In this document: positions 1 to 9,100 of the stretch, piece by piece
How positions within the stretch are numbered: the first letter of the stretch is position 1
Layout: each line of letters starts with the position of its first letter
Assembly: GCA_964511175.1 (NCBI GenBank)
Contig: CAZEEI010000005.1
Span: forward strand, 3,416 to 67,415
Direction: 5' to 3'
DNA from: an uncultured Pseudomonadales bacterium
Lineage (GTDB): Bacteria > Patescibacteriota > Microgenomatia > UBA1400 > UBA1396
DNA: 64,000 bases
Made by a program: the position numbers and the translations under genes
The notes under the pieces: generated by a model
Told to the model about the DNA's origin: nothing
The model's database searches: none
The model's input: the letters and a program-made list of their open reading frames with translations, nothing else

Positions 1-405
1 TGATATATCAGCATAAACAATAGGTCCCAATAATCCTTCTGGAGAACAATCGTCGATTTTGACGGGAAACAACTTACGTTTTAGTCCTTCTGGATCCGAT
101 TTAAAAAATACCGCCCATTCCGGTTGGGAAAATATCGACTTAAGGTAATTATTTGACAAAACGAGTACTGCCCTTTCGGAAACAATGATTCCTCGCTGCA
201 TTGATAAAACAAAATTATCACCTGAAGGAATGTCTACTGAGGCAATAAAAACCCTATACCCAGATTTTTTTAGTTGATCAGCAATCCAATTGGCAAAATC
301 ATGATCTTTAAATGAATAACTGACAAAAAAATCGAATTCGTAATCCTTCTTCTCAGAATTATTTTGATTGTCGTCCAAATTCTCGTTCTGGCTAACTCTA
401 CCCAT
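1..405 (-). CDS. TIR-domain protein, partial (N-terminal 135 aa visible; gene continues beyond window start)
   Basis: Manual translation of the minus strand from ATG at 405 (SD-like AAGGGA 9 nt upstream) gives MGRVSQNENLDDNQNNSEKKDYEFDFFVSYSFKDHDFANWIADQLKKSGYRVFIASVDIPSGDNFVLSMQRGII..SERAVLVLSNNYLKSIFSQPEWAVFF..DPEGLKRKLFPVKIDDC.. with no stop to position 1. This matches the bacterial TIR (TIR_2) pattern DxFxSY..D...A.W....L...G..V......I..G.N....RGI..S...V.V.S..Y..S.W...E. Local GC is clearly below the window average. Confidence 0.7.
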   Translation of the reverse strand, partial: MGRVSQNENLDDNQNNSEKKDYEFDFFVSYSFKDHDFANWIADQLKKSGYRVFIASVDIPSGDNFVLSMQRGIIVSERAVLVLSNNYLKSIFSQPEWAVFFKSDPEGLKRKLFPVKIDDCSPEGLLGPIVYADIS

Positions 406-503
406 AAAATCTCATCCCTTAATCTAAAATTCCCTAAAAACCATAGATTATAGGCGTGAAATAAATATATCTTCAATCTTCCCGTGTTACAATACACTCT
501 CTC

Positions 504-576
504 GAGTCTATAGCTCAGTTGGTAGAGCGCTTCGTTGACATCGAAGAGGTCACAGGTTCGAGTCCTGTTAGACTCA
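504..576 (+). tRNA. tRNA-Val (anticodon GAC)
   Basis: 73-nt cloverleaf: acceptor GAGTCTA/TAGACTC, D-arm GCTC-AGTTGGTA-GAGC, anticodon stem CTTCG/CGAAG with loop TTGACAT (anticodon GAC), T-arm ACAGG-TTCGAGT-CCTGT, discriminator A. Confidence 0.85.
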
Positions 577-597
577 CTTGTGCTACAATAAATCCCT

Positions 598-849
598 ATG
601 GCAGCCATTACAGCAGGTGGACGACAGCATCGAGAGCGTGTGGAGTGGATGAAGATAATGGGTGGTAACACCGGTTTTGGTGGTGGTCCTCGTCGACCAG
701 ATAAAGACCCCCAAGATGAAGACAAGTCTCTCCTGAAACGTTGCGAGCATTGGCTGGAACATTTTTATCATTCCCTTTACTGCTGGTGGATTAATGTTTG
801 GTATCCTCATCCGAAAAAAGATTCGCCCCAGAAACCACCGACCCGTTAA
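598..849 (+). CDS. hypothetical small protein (83 aa)
   Basis: ATG-initiated ORF directly after the tRNA; its stop lies 3 nt before the next ORF start. No recognisable domain. Confidence 0.25.
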   Translation: MAAITAGGRQHRERVEWMKIMGGNTGFGGGPRRPDKDPQDEDKSLLKRCEHWLEHFYHSLYCWWINVWYPHPKKDSPQKPPTR

Positions 850-852
850 TTT

Positions 853-1200
853 ATGACACTACTTGACACTGGTGAGGAAAATCAAGTCAGTCAAAGTATC
901 AACCGCAAAACGATTTATGACGTGCCGGTGCGCGAAGTTGCCTGGCGCAGTTTTGTGGCTGGTTTGTTTTTAGGTTTAGGCCGAACCGCCGCCAGTGGGT
1001 TACTGTGGCTAGTGGTTTTACTGCTTTCCGTACAGATTTTGCAGCCGCTGGTTATGCCACTTTTTAGCCAATTTGAACAGCTGACCCAGATACTGGGTCG
1101 TCAACCTTCTGGTTCTACTCCCGCCGATTTTGCGACCTTAAACAGCCTGAATTCGGTCGATTGGGGCAGTATTCTACCTTCTCTAAAAACCACCCAATAA
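853..1200 (+). CDS. hypothetical membrane protein (115 aa)
   Basis: ATG ORF with a hydrophobic core (LLWLVVLLLSVQILQPLVMPLF), suggesting a TM segment. Confidence 0.4.
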   Translation: MTLLDTGEENQVSQSINRKTIYDVPVREVAWRSFVAGLFLGLGRTAASGLLWLVVLLLSVQILQPLVMPLFSQFEQLTQILGRQPSGSTPADFATLNSLNSVDWGSILPSLKTTQ

Positions 1201-1208
1201 GGTTTGAT

Positions 1209-1745
1209 TTAAAGCAGAGTGATGGTTAGTTCTAGGGGATCACTAGGGTCTTCCACCACTTGCAATTGCCCGGCTTTCTGTTCGGATAAAAGCAACTTTT
1301 TGGAGTTTTCCCAAACGTTAGCTTTATACCGGCGAATGCCGCGTTTTTTCAACTCTTTATGTTTTCGACGTAACAATAATCGTCCCAAACCATGGCGTCG
1401 GTACTCCCAGCCCACTCCCAAAAATGAAGTGATAAGTACTAGTTTGTCATCCTGTTTTTGGATTACACAGATCGCCACACCAATGGTTTTATTATCCAAC
1501 TTCGACCAAAGTATAAAGCTATTTTCTGCATGACCAGGTACTAGAGCGGCGTTCATCTCCTCAGTGGCCCAAAAAACCAGACGAAAACCATACTCAAAAT
1601 GCGGATCCTGAGAGTTTGCTTCGGTGAAGGCAATCTTTTCTTTTACTAAAAATTTGCGCAATTGCTCTTTGGCTGTTGGGCTAGCCGATACTAGCTCGAT
1701 GTTAACTCTCTTCAGAAAATCCTCTTGTTCCTTATCAAATGTCAT
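1209..1745 (-). CDS. GNAT family N-acetyltransferase
   Basis: 178 aa with an acetyl-CoA-binding motif A-like segment (VGWEYRRHGLGRLLL) and a typical GNAT size. Confidence 0.65.
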   Translation of the reverse strand: MTFDKEQEDFLKRVNIELVSASPTAKEQLRKFLVKEKIAFTEANSQDPHFEYGFRLVFWATEEMNAALVPGHAENSFILWSKLDNKTIGVAICVIQKQDDKLVLITSFLGVGWEYRRHGLGRLLLRRKHKELKKRGIRRYKANVWENSKKLLLSEQKAGQLQVVEDPSDPLELTITLL

Positions 1746-1757
1746 ATTTTCCTTTGC

Positions 1758-3278
1758 TTAGGGCAGGGTAAAAAATTGACTGACTAACGCTTGTCGCTGC
1801 GTTTCATTCCAACCAATCACTACATCTTGTCGCACGTAGAGGTCAGTTACCCGACCGTCGGCGCGATATAAATGGTAATACTGCTTCGTCAGGAGCGGCG
1901 CCAGCGATTGGTAATAGAAACTGCTGGGTTCGGTTTGGAAGTAAACAAAAGCAGGCGGTGCAGCCAACAAAGCCTGCCAGTCGGCCTGAAGTTTGGGTAC
2001 ATTCCAAGCCCAGTTGAGGTGAAACACCTGCTGGTCGGACGTTGGCAGGCTGGTCAGGATGTGCAAATACCCGTCGCCGTCTGGACCGGTCAGAAGAGTA
2101 TCGCCAGGATTCTTCACTAGGTTAAGCGCGTTGGCAATAGCTTGATAAGTCCCGTACTGGATTGCATTTTCGGCTAACCGATTTTTCCGTTCGGCCACCC
2201 AAACTAAATTACCAGTCAGCAAACCTAGCCATATTAGCAGTAATACCCCACGCGCTATTCGGCTGGGCCAGCGCCGCCAGACCGTGGTGGTAGCTACGGC
2301 CAATACTGCTGCCAAGGCTGCCAAATAGGGCCAGAGGTGAAAACCCTGGTAGAACCGAATATTAAAGTGGTCACTGCGGGTGTTTAGTAGCCAAAGACCA
2401 ATCAAAGCCAACCACCACGGCCAGCGTTTTTTACTTTGCCAAATCACCAAACTAACTAGCACAATCGCTGCCGCAAAAAGACGACCTATTGGCTCGCTAA
2501 GTGCCGCTGCTTGAATAAACGGATAAAACAATACGGCCCATCGGTTACCTGGCGTTGCCGCGGGAATGACGTAACGTACTGAAGTTAAAACCGTTTTCTC
2601 CCACCAAGCCGCTGGTGAAATCAGGCCAAACAAAGCGAGGGTCGGCAATAAACCGGCTAGCACTAATAACTTTTTTTGCGGCCAAGGCAGACGCCAAAGG
2701 AACCAGCCAGTCGCCAAGCCAACCAGTGGCCAGAGAGGTAAAAGGTTGAAAAAAGCCCCAAACAAGGCGATTGCCAAAGCAATTACATCAGGAACGGCTA
2801 AACGGTAGTAGGAATCTTGGGCTAAAGCGAAGTAGTAAAGCACAATCGCCGCCACCGCCGGCGCGGCCAAAGATTCACCCAACACATACCAGCCAAAAAA
2901 CCAGTGGGACAACGCCAGCAGCAGCGCACTAGTCAGCAAGCCGCGCCAACGGAAACGAGCCACCAGCCAGGCCGAGCTCACTGCTAAATACACCAGCATC
3001 ACCCAACGAATACGTTCGATTAGTAAGAAAAGCGAATTGTAGGGTAGTAGTTTAGTTAAAATCGCCCCAGCCAGCACCGGCAGAGGTTGGTGCGTTAAGG
3101 AAAGGTCGGTGTACAACCGGCGGCCGGACGACCACATCAGCCAACCCATCGTTAAGTGGTCGGTTTCATCCTGAAAATACCAGGATTGGGAGTGGGAGCG
3201 TAGTCCCCAACCAACCACTACCAACAAAATAAAGAAAATCGGCCAAATCAACCAAGATCGACGGGCAATTAATTTCAT
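1758..3278 (-). CDS. polytopic membrane protein, glycosyltransferase family 39/83-like (ArnT/PMT-type) candidate
   Basis: About 505 aa with more than 10 predicted TM helices (Trp/Leu/Ala-rich) and a C-terminal soluble domain. The supplied ORF starts at TTG 3287; ATG at 3278 gives MKLIARRSW. Confidence 0.5.
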   Translation of the reverse strand: MKLIARRSWLIWPIFFILLVVVGWGLRSHSQSWYFQDETDHLTMGWLMWSSGRRLYTDLSLTHQPLPVLAGAILTKLLPYNSLFLLIERIRWVMLVYLAVSSAWLVARFRWRGLLTSALLLALSHWFFGWYVLGESLAAPAVAAIVLYYFALAQDSYYRLAVPDVIALAIALFGAFFNLLPLWPLVGLATGWFLWRLPWPQKKLLVLAGLLPTLALFGLISPAAWWEKTVLTSVRYVIPAATPGNRWAVLFYPFIQAAALSEPIGRLFAAAIVLVSLVIWQSKKRWPWWLALIGLWLLNTRSDHFNIRFYQGFHLWPYLAALAAVLAVATTTVWRRWPSRIARGVLLLIWLGLLTGNLVWVAERKNRLAENAIQYGTYQAIANALNLVKNPGDTLLTGPDGDGYLHILTSLPTSDQQVFHLNWAWNVPKLQADWQALLAAPPAFVYFQTEPSSFYYQSLAPLLTKQYYHLYRADGRVTDLYVRQDVVIGWNETQRQALVSQFFTLP

Positions 3279-3362
3279 TATAACCAAGCGTACTGCCAGA
3301 TCTATGTTTAATCAATCGTGCTGACTGCCACACCGTATGCTTCCGTTTTAACTCGACTACTC

Positions 3363-3494
3363 TTATGCCGTGAAACGCATATTGGGTAAATGATTGTTTT
3401 GTTTGATAGATAAAGTTAAAAATTAACAGTTAATCGAATATAAAGTCTTCCCCAGATACAAAACCTTGGTTGCTATATGCGTTTCACGGCATAA
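3363..3494. repeat. 20-bp perfect inverted repeat (TTATGCCGTGAAACGCATAT / ATATGCGTTTCACGGCATAA) flanking a 92-bp AT-rich spacer
   Basis: Arms at 3363-3382 and 3475-3494 are exact reverse complements. The element lies in the divergent region between the membrane-protein gene and infC, 10 bp upstream of a TTGACA hexamer. Confidence 0.8.
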
Positions 3495-3584
3495 ACGAGT
3501 CGGTTGACAAAAGATATGTTTACCACCCCCAATACCCCGCCTGCAATGTTATAATCGCTGAGTAGAAAAAATAAGGAGGTCACG

Positions 3585-4157
3585 ATTCGTTTTCGACCAC
3601 GCAAACCAAAACATCATGATGTCCGCCCCGCCATGGCGCGCTATGTGATGAATGAAATGATTACCGCGCCACAAGTGCGGCTAATTGATCAGTATGGCGG
3701 CCAAATTGGCGTCATGTCACGCGAAGAAGCGTTGGCTAAAGGTGATGAGGAAGAAAAAGACCTCATCATGATTGCCGACCAAGCCGTACCACCGGTTGTT
3801 AAATTGATTGAACTTTCCAAATTCCGCTACCAAGAGCAACAGAAGCGTCAAGAAGAAGCCAAAAAGTCCAGTAAGGGTAGCGACCTCAAGGAACTGCGTC
3901 TTACTCCCTTTATTGCTGCTGGCGACCTAGAAGCGCGGATTAACCGGGTGCGTGAGTTTTTGGAAGAGGGAAGTAAAGTACGTCTCCACGTCAAATTCCG
4001 CGGCCGGGAAGTAACTAAACCGGAATTCGGCAATCAAGTACTCAAAAAAATATTTGATGCTGTAGCCGATGTGGGCAAAGTGGAAACGGCTCCCAAACTG
4101 GCCGGTAAGTTCATGACTGCTCAGTTAATGCCAACCGGCAAGAAAAAGACGGTTTAG
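3585..4157 (+). CDS. infC: translation initiation factor IF-3 (probable AUU start codon)
   Basis: IF-3 signature (ITAPQVRLIDQYGGQIGVMSREEALAKGDEEEKDLIMIADQAVPPVVKLIE). An in-frame ATT at 3585 sits 4 nt after a strong SD (AAGGAGGT, 3573-3580), and the region to ATG 3633 has no stops. The extension adds an RPRKPK basic N-terminus that aligns with the E. coli IF-3 N-terminus. AUU initiation is the conserved autoregulatory feature of infC. Confidence 0.8.
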   Translation: MRFRPRKPKHHDVRPAMARYVMNEMITAPQVRLIDQYGGQIGVMSREEALAKGDEEEKDLIMIADQAVPPVVKLIELSKFRYQEQQKRQEEAKKSSKGSDLKELRLTPFIAAGDLEARINRVREFLEEGSKVRLHVKFRGREVTKPEFGNQVLKKIFDAVADVGKVETAPKLAGKFMTAQLMPTGKKKTV

Positions 4158-4208
4158 CGTTGCGATTTTATTACTTGCTGTTATAATACTTCTTCTGTCA
4201 GGAAATTT

Positions 4209-4418
4209 ATGGCGGCAAAAAAGTTTAAACATAAGACTCGTAAAACCGTAATTAAGCGCTTCAAGATTACCGGTACTGGTAAGGTGATGCGTCGCTCCCA
4301 GGGTATGCGCCACTTGCGCCGTCGTAAGGGTAAAGCTCTGCAGCGTCGCTACGCTATCCCGGTAGAAATCAAAGGCCGCTGGGCTAAGAAAATTAAACAA
4401 ATGTTGGGCATCGCTTAA
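4209..4418 (+). CDS. rpmI: 50S ribosomal protein L35
   Basis: 69 aa, MAAKKFKHKTRKTVIKRFKITGTGKV..., typical L35; conserved infC-rpmI-rplT order. Confidence 0.9.
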   Translation: MAAKKFKHKTRKTVIKRFKITGTGKVMRRSQGMRHLRRRKGKALQRRYAIPVEIKGRWAKKIKQMLGIA

Positions 4419-4427
4419 AAAGGAAAT

Positions 4428-4787
4428 ATGTCACGCGTTAAAACTGGTTTTCATCGTCACGCTCGTCACCAAAAAGTGCTTGGTTTCACCAAGGGCTACC
4501 GCATGACGAAAAACCGCCTATACAAAGTGGCGCACGAAGCCATGCTACACGCTGGTCAATACGCTTACATTGGCCGCAAGAATCGCAAACGCGACTTCCG
4601 CGCCCTCTGGATCACGCGTATCAGCGCCGCCGTCAAAGCGGTGTCGGCTCAACTTAATTATTCTCGCTTCATGAACCAACTCAAAGCCGCCAATATCGAG
4701 TTAGATCGCAAGATGCTAGCCGATTTAGCCGTACATGATTTGGACGCTTTTAGTGAGGTGGTTAAGGCCGCCGAAGCTAAAAAATAA
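4428..4787 (+). CDS. rplT: 50S ribosomal protein L20
   Basis: 119 aa, [26 protein letters not shown]...[14 protein letters not shown], typical L20. Confidence 0.9.
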   Translation: MSRVKTGFHRHARHQKVLGFTKGYRMTKNRLYKVAHEAMLHAGQYAYIGRKNRKRDFRALWITRISAAVKAVSAQLNYSRFMNQLKAANIELDRKMLADLAVHDLDAFSEVVKAAEAKK

Positions 4788-4797
4788 AACGCCAAAC

Positions 4798-5220
4798 TTA
4801 TATCGCGTGCCTAGTACTATTCCGTTCAAGTTCGCTCTGCTTTTGTCGATAAAGCACTCGTTGCTCAATATCGCCAATTTGTGGTACCTTTTGTTGAGCG
4901 ATCGTGCTTAAAAGCAAATCACGCGCACCGGAATCTAGCCAGTCTTTAATCGGCAAGCGTAGTTTTTCGCCATTATTGGCTAGAATAATAATTTCTCCCC
5001 AGTGATGCCACACCTCCAGTTCAGGAATTAGCCCCACCACGCTATCTTCTTTAACCGACTGCCCACGCTGTCGAGCTAATAATCTGGACTGATCCAGAAA
5101 TCTCATCTCATCGCGAACGGCCACAATGTCTGTGGCCAATAATTGTGTAGTCCCAACCGCGACCATCAACTGAGGAGAGCCTTCTTTACTACTGCGACCT
5201 ACTGTTAATAATCTGTTCAT
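4798..5220 (-). CDS. hypothetical protein (140 aa)
   Basis: ATG with SD AAAGGA 8 nt upstream; no recognisable domain. Confidence 0.5.
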   Translation of the reverse strand: MNRLLTVGRSSKEGSPQLMVAVGTTQLLATDIVAVRDEMRFLDQSRLLARQRGQSVKEDSVVGLIPELEVWHHWGEIIILANNGEKLRLPIKDWLDSGARDLLLSTIAQQKVPQIGDIEQRVLYRQKQSELERNSTRHAI

Positions 5221-5235
5221 AATTTTCCTTTCCCA

Positions 5236-5266
5236 AACAAAAAACCCTCCTTGTGGAGGGTTTGTT
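5236..5266 (-). terminator. rho-independent terminator (hairpin CCCTCC-TTGT-GGAGGG plus U-tract on the minus strand; weaker on the plus strand)
   Basis: 6-bp GC stem at 5245-5260. On the minus strand it is followed by UUUUUUGUUU (complement of 5236-5244), and it sits downstream of the decarboxylase gene stop at 5406. Confidence 0.6.
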
Positions 5267-5405
5267 CGGCTGCTTTATTTTAGACTACGCGCTTAACCCT
5301 CCCCTTAATTTCGGGAAGAAAAAGAAAGACGCAAAAGAGAATACTATTAAACTTCTCATTAGGGCTAAGGTTACTATATTTATCCCCAATTGGCAAGCAG
5401 AGAAC

Positions 5406-6923
5406 CTACCTATTTGTCGCTGACTCAATTAACTGTTCCAGCAGGGTAATGGCCTCTTCAATATGTGTGGGCTCAGTGCGTGGATGCATTAATACGGCGC
5501 GGTAAGTCCATTGTTGTCTTTCAGCGGGTGACAAAGCATCAACTGACTCATCTACACTTAAGTTGGTGGCGGAAAAGAAATATCCCGACTGATCACGCAG
5601 TTGTTGTCTGGTTAACTCGATGATTGGCTCCAGTTGAGAATTATGGGTTATACCATGCCTGCGACAATACTCGGGTCGGATGGTGAAACAAACCACGTTG
5701 AGATGCGGCTTGTGCAGAGGCTGAAGTATCGGAGAGGCTAAGAGCCGTCGATAAAGGTACCCTGTATTATTCAGAGTGTGGTCTAAAAGTGCTTGCCACT
5801 CTTGTTTAGAAAAAGCATTGATGGCAGCCACGGTGGCTAAAACACAACCCGCCCCCGCCGATCCTTCAATTCTTTTCTGTCCAAGACTAACTTGTCCTGG
5901 CTTGAAAACATAAGCAGCATCATCCGAATCAAATTTTATTTTAGCGTGTTCATGAGGATCACGAAAAACGACTGCCCCAGCCTCATATGGCGTGTTTAAC
6001 GTTTTATGTGGATCCAGTGTAACCGAATTGGCTCTTTGAATACCCTTAAACAAATGTTTTTGGGTAGACATTAGATACGCAAATCCATAGGCGGCGTCTA
6101 CGTGGAGATAAATGTGATATTTCTTAGCGATATCCGCAATAGCATTAAGAGGGTCAACAATACCAGTTTCCGTTTCGCCAGCAATTGCGACAATTGCCAT
6201 AATTTTTTTGCCGCTGTCCGTAATTTCGCGGATCATCGCTTCTAGACCAGCCGGATCCATTTGGAGATTACGACTAGGAGCCTTAAGAACTGAGATTGAT
6301 CCATTGGGTCCGGCCAGAATGCGTACTGCTTTAGTGATGGAGTAATGGATAAACGGATTAGCAATAACGACGAACTCATTATTAGGACGTTCAGTGGTTG
6401 TTAGTCTTTCACGCTCAGCTTTTTCGGAGGCTAACTCACGGGCGACCCAAAGAGCGGTAAGGTTGGCCAGCGAGCCGCCGGAGGTAAAAGTCCCGCTGGC
6501 GCTCTTTTTGTCAAAACCAACTAACTCAGCCAACCAACCAATAGCCTCCGGTTCTAAGGCTGACTCTACTTCCGAAACTTCCCGGGCAACCGTATTAGAT
6601 CCAGACCGAATAGCCAGAATATATGCCAGCATCGCCGGAATTGAAGCCTCCGTCAACATATGACCAAGATAAAACTTATCAAAACGCTGCGCCTTTTTAA
6701 GGTGTTCAAAAATACGTTGAATAGCCTGCATCGCTTGGGGATTTTTTCTACTTACAAAACCCCGATCTCCATCCGCCATGTTTTGCAGAAGAATATAGAA
6801 TTGTTCGAGCTCGGCATCGTGATTTTCAGGGTCAAAAAAAGCAGCTCGCGCTGCCTCTAAATCAGATTGGTTAACCCTAAATTTAAACTCAGGATTTTGT
6901 TTTCGCGATCCTCGCTTATTCAT
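5406..6923 (-). CDS. pyridoxal-phosphate-dependent group II amino-acid decarboxylase (fold type I)
   Basis: HVDAAYGFAYL...SVTLDPHKTLNTPYEAGAVVFRD carries the S-x-HK PLP-lysine motif of GAD/TyrDC/MfnA-type decarboxylases. The supplied ORF starts at TTG 6983; ATG at 6923 (MNKRGSRKQ..., GGTGA upstream) is preferred. Confidence 0.8.
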   Translation of the reverse strand: MNKRGSRKQNPEFKFRVNQSDLEAARAAFFDPENHDAELEQFYILLQNMADGDRGFVSRKNPQAMQAIQRIFEHLKKAQRFDKFYLGHMLTEASIPAMLAYILAIRSGSNTVAREVSEVESALEPEAIGWLAELVGFDKKSASGTFTSGGSLANLTALWVARELASEKAERERLTTTERPNNEFVVIANPFIHYSITKAVRILAGPNGSISVLKAPSRNLQMDPAGLEAMIREITDSGKKIMAIVAIAGETETGIVDPLNAIADIAKKYHIYLHVDAAYGFAYLMSTQKHLFKGIQRANSVTLDPHKTLNTPYEAGAVVFRDPHEHAKIKFDSDDAAYVFKPGQVSLGQKRIEGSAGAGCVLATVAAINAFSKQEWQALLDHTLNNTGYLYRRLLASPILQPLHKPHLNVVCFTIRPEYCRRHGITHNSQLEPIIELTRQQLRDQSGYFFSATNLSVDESVDALSPAERQQWTYRAVLMHPRTEPTHIEEAITLLEQLIESATNR

Positions 6924-6995
6924 TATCACCGCTCCGTCAGAATTACAATTATTGATATTAGCATAAAAGATATTAATCGACAATATCCAATCAAT

Positions 6996-8093
6996 CTATA
7001 TCAATAGATTCTGAATTAATTCTTCATTTACAGCAAAACCTAATCCCAATTGTCGAGATACTTTGACGGTACCATTCTTGGTCATGGTAATTTCCGGCAC
7101 AATAATATCTTCTGTAAAAATCTTAGCCGAAGGAAAAATATCTGCTGGCAAACTAAACTCCGATAGTGAGGCGGTAAAAATATTAAAGGCATTAGCTATA
7201 CCCGCTTCCAACATGCCACCACACCATAGAGGGATATTTTGTTCTTTGGCCAACTGGTTAATTTGTAAAACCTCGACCAGACTGCCAATTCTTCCCGGCT
7301 TCACGTTAATAATGCCGCATGCTTTTAATTCTATGGCTTTTTTAGCTTTGGAATAACTAACAATGCTCTCATCCAAGCAAATTGGTGTTTTGATCTCTTT
7401 TTGTAATAATGAATGGTGCCAAAGGTCATCAAACTCCAAAGGTTGTTCAATCATTAATAAGTTAAAGTTATCCAATTGCTTGAACGTATCTAAATCATCG
7501 AGGGTGTAAGCTGAGTTAGCATCAACCATCAATACTAAATCGGGAAAAGACTGGCGAATAATTTTTACCAACTCCACATCCCAACCCGGCTTAATTTTCA
7601 CCTTAATACGATGATATCCTTCCTCAACACGCTTGGTAATTAGTTGCAAGGTTTCGTCAACGGTGGGTAAAATACCTATACTTTCGCCTAAATTTATCTC
7701 TCGACGTGTTCCGCCCAGCAAATCTACAATTGGTTTGCCCGAAATTTGGGAAATGATCGACCATAATGCACATTCCACGCCAAATTTAGCGATCTTATTG
7801 CCGCGTAAATGTTGTGTCTCTTGGTAGAAATCACTAGGTGTTAAAGCCTTATTCAAAACAATTGGTTTTAAAACATTTTCTAATATCGCTATAACCGTAT
7901 CGGTTGATTCCTCCAGATAAACAGGCTCCGTCAAGGCAGCTGACTCGCCGTAGCCAACAACGCCATCATCTGTTGTTAATTTAATAACCACCGTTTCCCG
8001 AAATGGTATGTCACCAAAACTAGTCTTGAAGGTAAACTTCATTGGCAGTCTCAGGCGAAAAATATCAAATCGGGCAATCTGAACGGGTGTCAT
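6996..8093 (-). CDS. enolase-superfamily enzyme, MLE subgroup (N-succinylamino-acid racemase / o-succinylbenzoate synthase / dipeptide epimerase-like)
   Basis: KVKIKPG (KxK), metal ligands in MVDANSAY, MIEQP, CLDES, and catalytic Lys in VKPGRIG; 365 aa; SD GGAGG 9 nt upstream of ATG. Confidence 0.8.
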   Translation of the reverse strand: MTPVQIARFDIFRLRLPMKFTFKTSFGDIPFRETVVIKLTTDDGVVGYGESAALTEPVYLEESTDTVIAILENVLKPIVLNKALTPSDFYQETQHLRGNKIAKFGVECALWSIISQISGKPIVDLLGGTRREINLGESIGILPTVDETLQLITKRVEEGYHRIKVKIKPGWDVELVKIIRQSFPDLVLMVDANSAYTLDDLDTFKQLDNFNLLMIEQPLEFDDLWHHSLLQKEIKTPICLDESIVSYSKAKKAIELKACGIINVKPGRIGSLVEVLQINQLAKEQNIPLWCGGMLEAGIANAFNIFTASLSEFSLPADIFPSAKIFTEDIIVPEITMTKNGTVKVSRQLGLGFAVNEELIQNLLI

Positions 8094-8135
8094 AAAACTA
8101 ACCTCCGGAGGCTCAATTATCCATTTATCTAACCA

Positions 8136-9092
8136 TTAACGCAAGCTTGGAGAAGATTGAACAACGTAAAAACTTCTCTTTTTTGAACCATCCAAACCCG
8201 TAGCAAATCCTGTGATAAGTCCCCGGCGATTAATATAATCGCTAGCTGTTTCACTGGTCATTACCTGGCTACATACTTGACGAAGCTGCACTCGCCAGGC
8301 CGCACTGTCAGCCGCGGATAAAGAATCTACATCGTAAGGTATTTCGACTAAAAATTTGTTGGGTAGTGATTTTGAACCAACTTCAGCAATAATCGGCAAG
8401 TTTGCCACATCATTGAGTGTTAGTGGTTGATAACTACCTGTGTGAATACCATTAAGACGTTTTTTTGTTGCAGGTTCATTAAGATTCCAGCGCACAGTAA
8501 AGCGATCGGTTGGATTCTCGCCATAGAGTTCACTGGATACTCTGCCATATTTGTTTACTGTGTATTTGTAACCGACAGCCCCTAATTTTTCTAAGTTTAA
8601 CCTAGCATTACTGCCGCGAAGCGGATCGTAAGTCCAATCTATTTCCGCAATCCCTTTAGCTTTAGCCAGTGCAGCTTGAATAAGCGAAAGATTCCAGCCC
8701 AGATCCTTACGGTAGCGCAGTGAGGGGTTGACACCGATCATATGTAAAATAAGCTTGCCGTCGATTGTACCCATAGTGAACACAAATCCTTCAAGCTGAC
8801 CCGAATTGTTCCGCGCAACAACAACATCCCCACCGGTATCACCAGCTATTGCTAGTAAATTACTGGGAACTAAATCCCGCGCGCCCATACCCCAGACCTG
8901 ACCCTGCAAACTGGTCACTTCTTCCAGAGCGGGAATATTCTTCCAATCCACCACTGAAAAAATAGTGTCTTTTCCGGCAAGCTCTTTTTGCCAAGAACGC
9001 GGGTCGACCTGTTGAAAACCAAAATTCTCCGGCCGCAGATATCCAGCTTTGTCTATTTCTATTCCTGAGTGTTCTTTTTTTTGAAAAGGCAT
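8136..9092 (-). CDS. hypothetical protein (318 aa), possibly an acyl-CoA N-acyltransferase-fold protein
   Basis: ATG with GGAG SD; no firm motif. Its position between an NSAR-like enzyme and an aminotransferase suggests a pathway role. The fold assignment is inference only. Confidence 0.45.
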   Translation of the reverse strand: MPFQKKEHSGIEIDKAGYLRPENFGFQQVDPRSWQKELAGKDTIFSVVDWKNIPALEEVTSLQGQVWGMGARDLVPSNLLAIAGDTGGDVVVARNNSGQLEGFVFTMGTIDGKLILHMIGVNPSLRYRKDLGWNLSLIQAALAKAKGIAEIDWTYDPLRGSNARLNLEKLGAVGYKYTVNKYGRVSSELYGENPTDRFTVRWNLNEPATKKRLNGIHTGSYQPLTLNDVANLPIIAEVGSKSLPNKFLVEIPYDVDSLSAADSAAWRVQLRQVCSQVMTSETASDYINRRGLITGFATGLDGSKKRSFYVVQSSPSLR

Positions 9093-9100
9093 CTATACTC

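Noticed and set aside
270-725. 151-aa minus-strand ORF in the supplied track
   Set aside because: It overlaps the tRNA-Val gene and is in a different frame from the well-supported TIR ORF, so it is most likely spurious.
3848-4033. Numerous 60-140-aa ORFs antisense to or inside well-supported genes (e.g. 3848..4033, 6394..6860, 17084..17275, 19402..20080, 35274..35966, 59644..60521, 63255..63716)
   Set aside because: They are fully embedded in, and in a different frame from, conserved protein-coding genes. They are typical shadow ORFs of GC-rich coding DNA.
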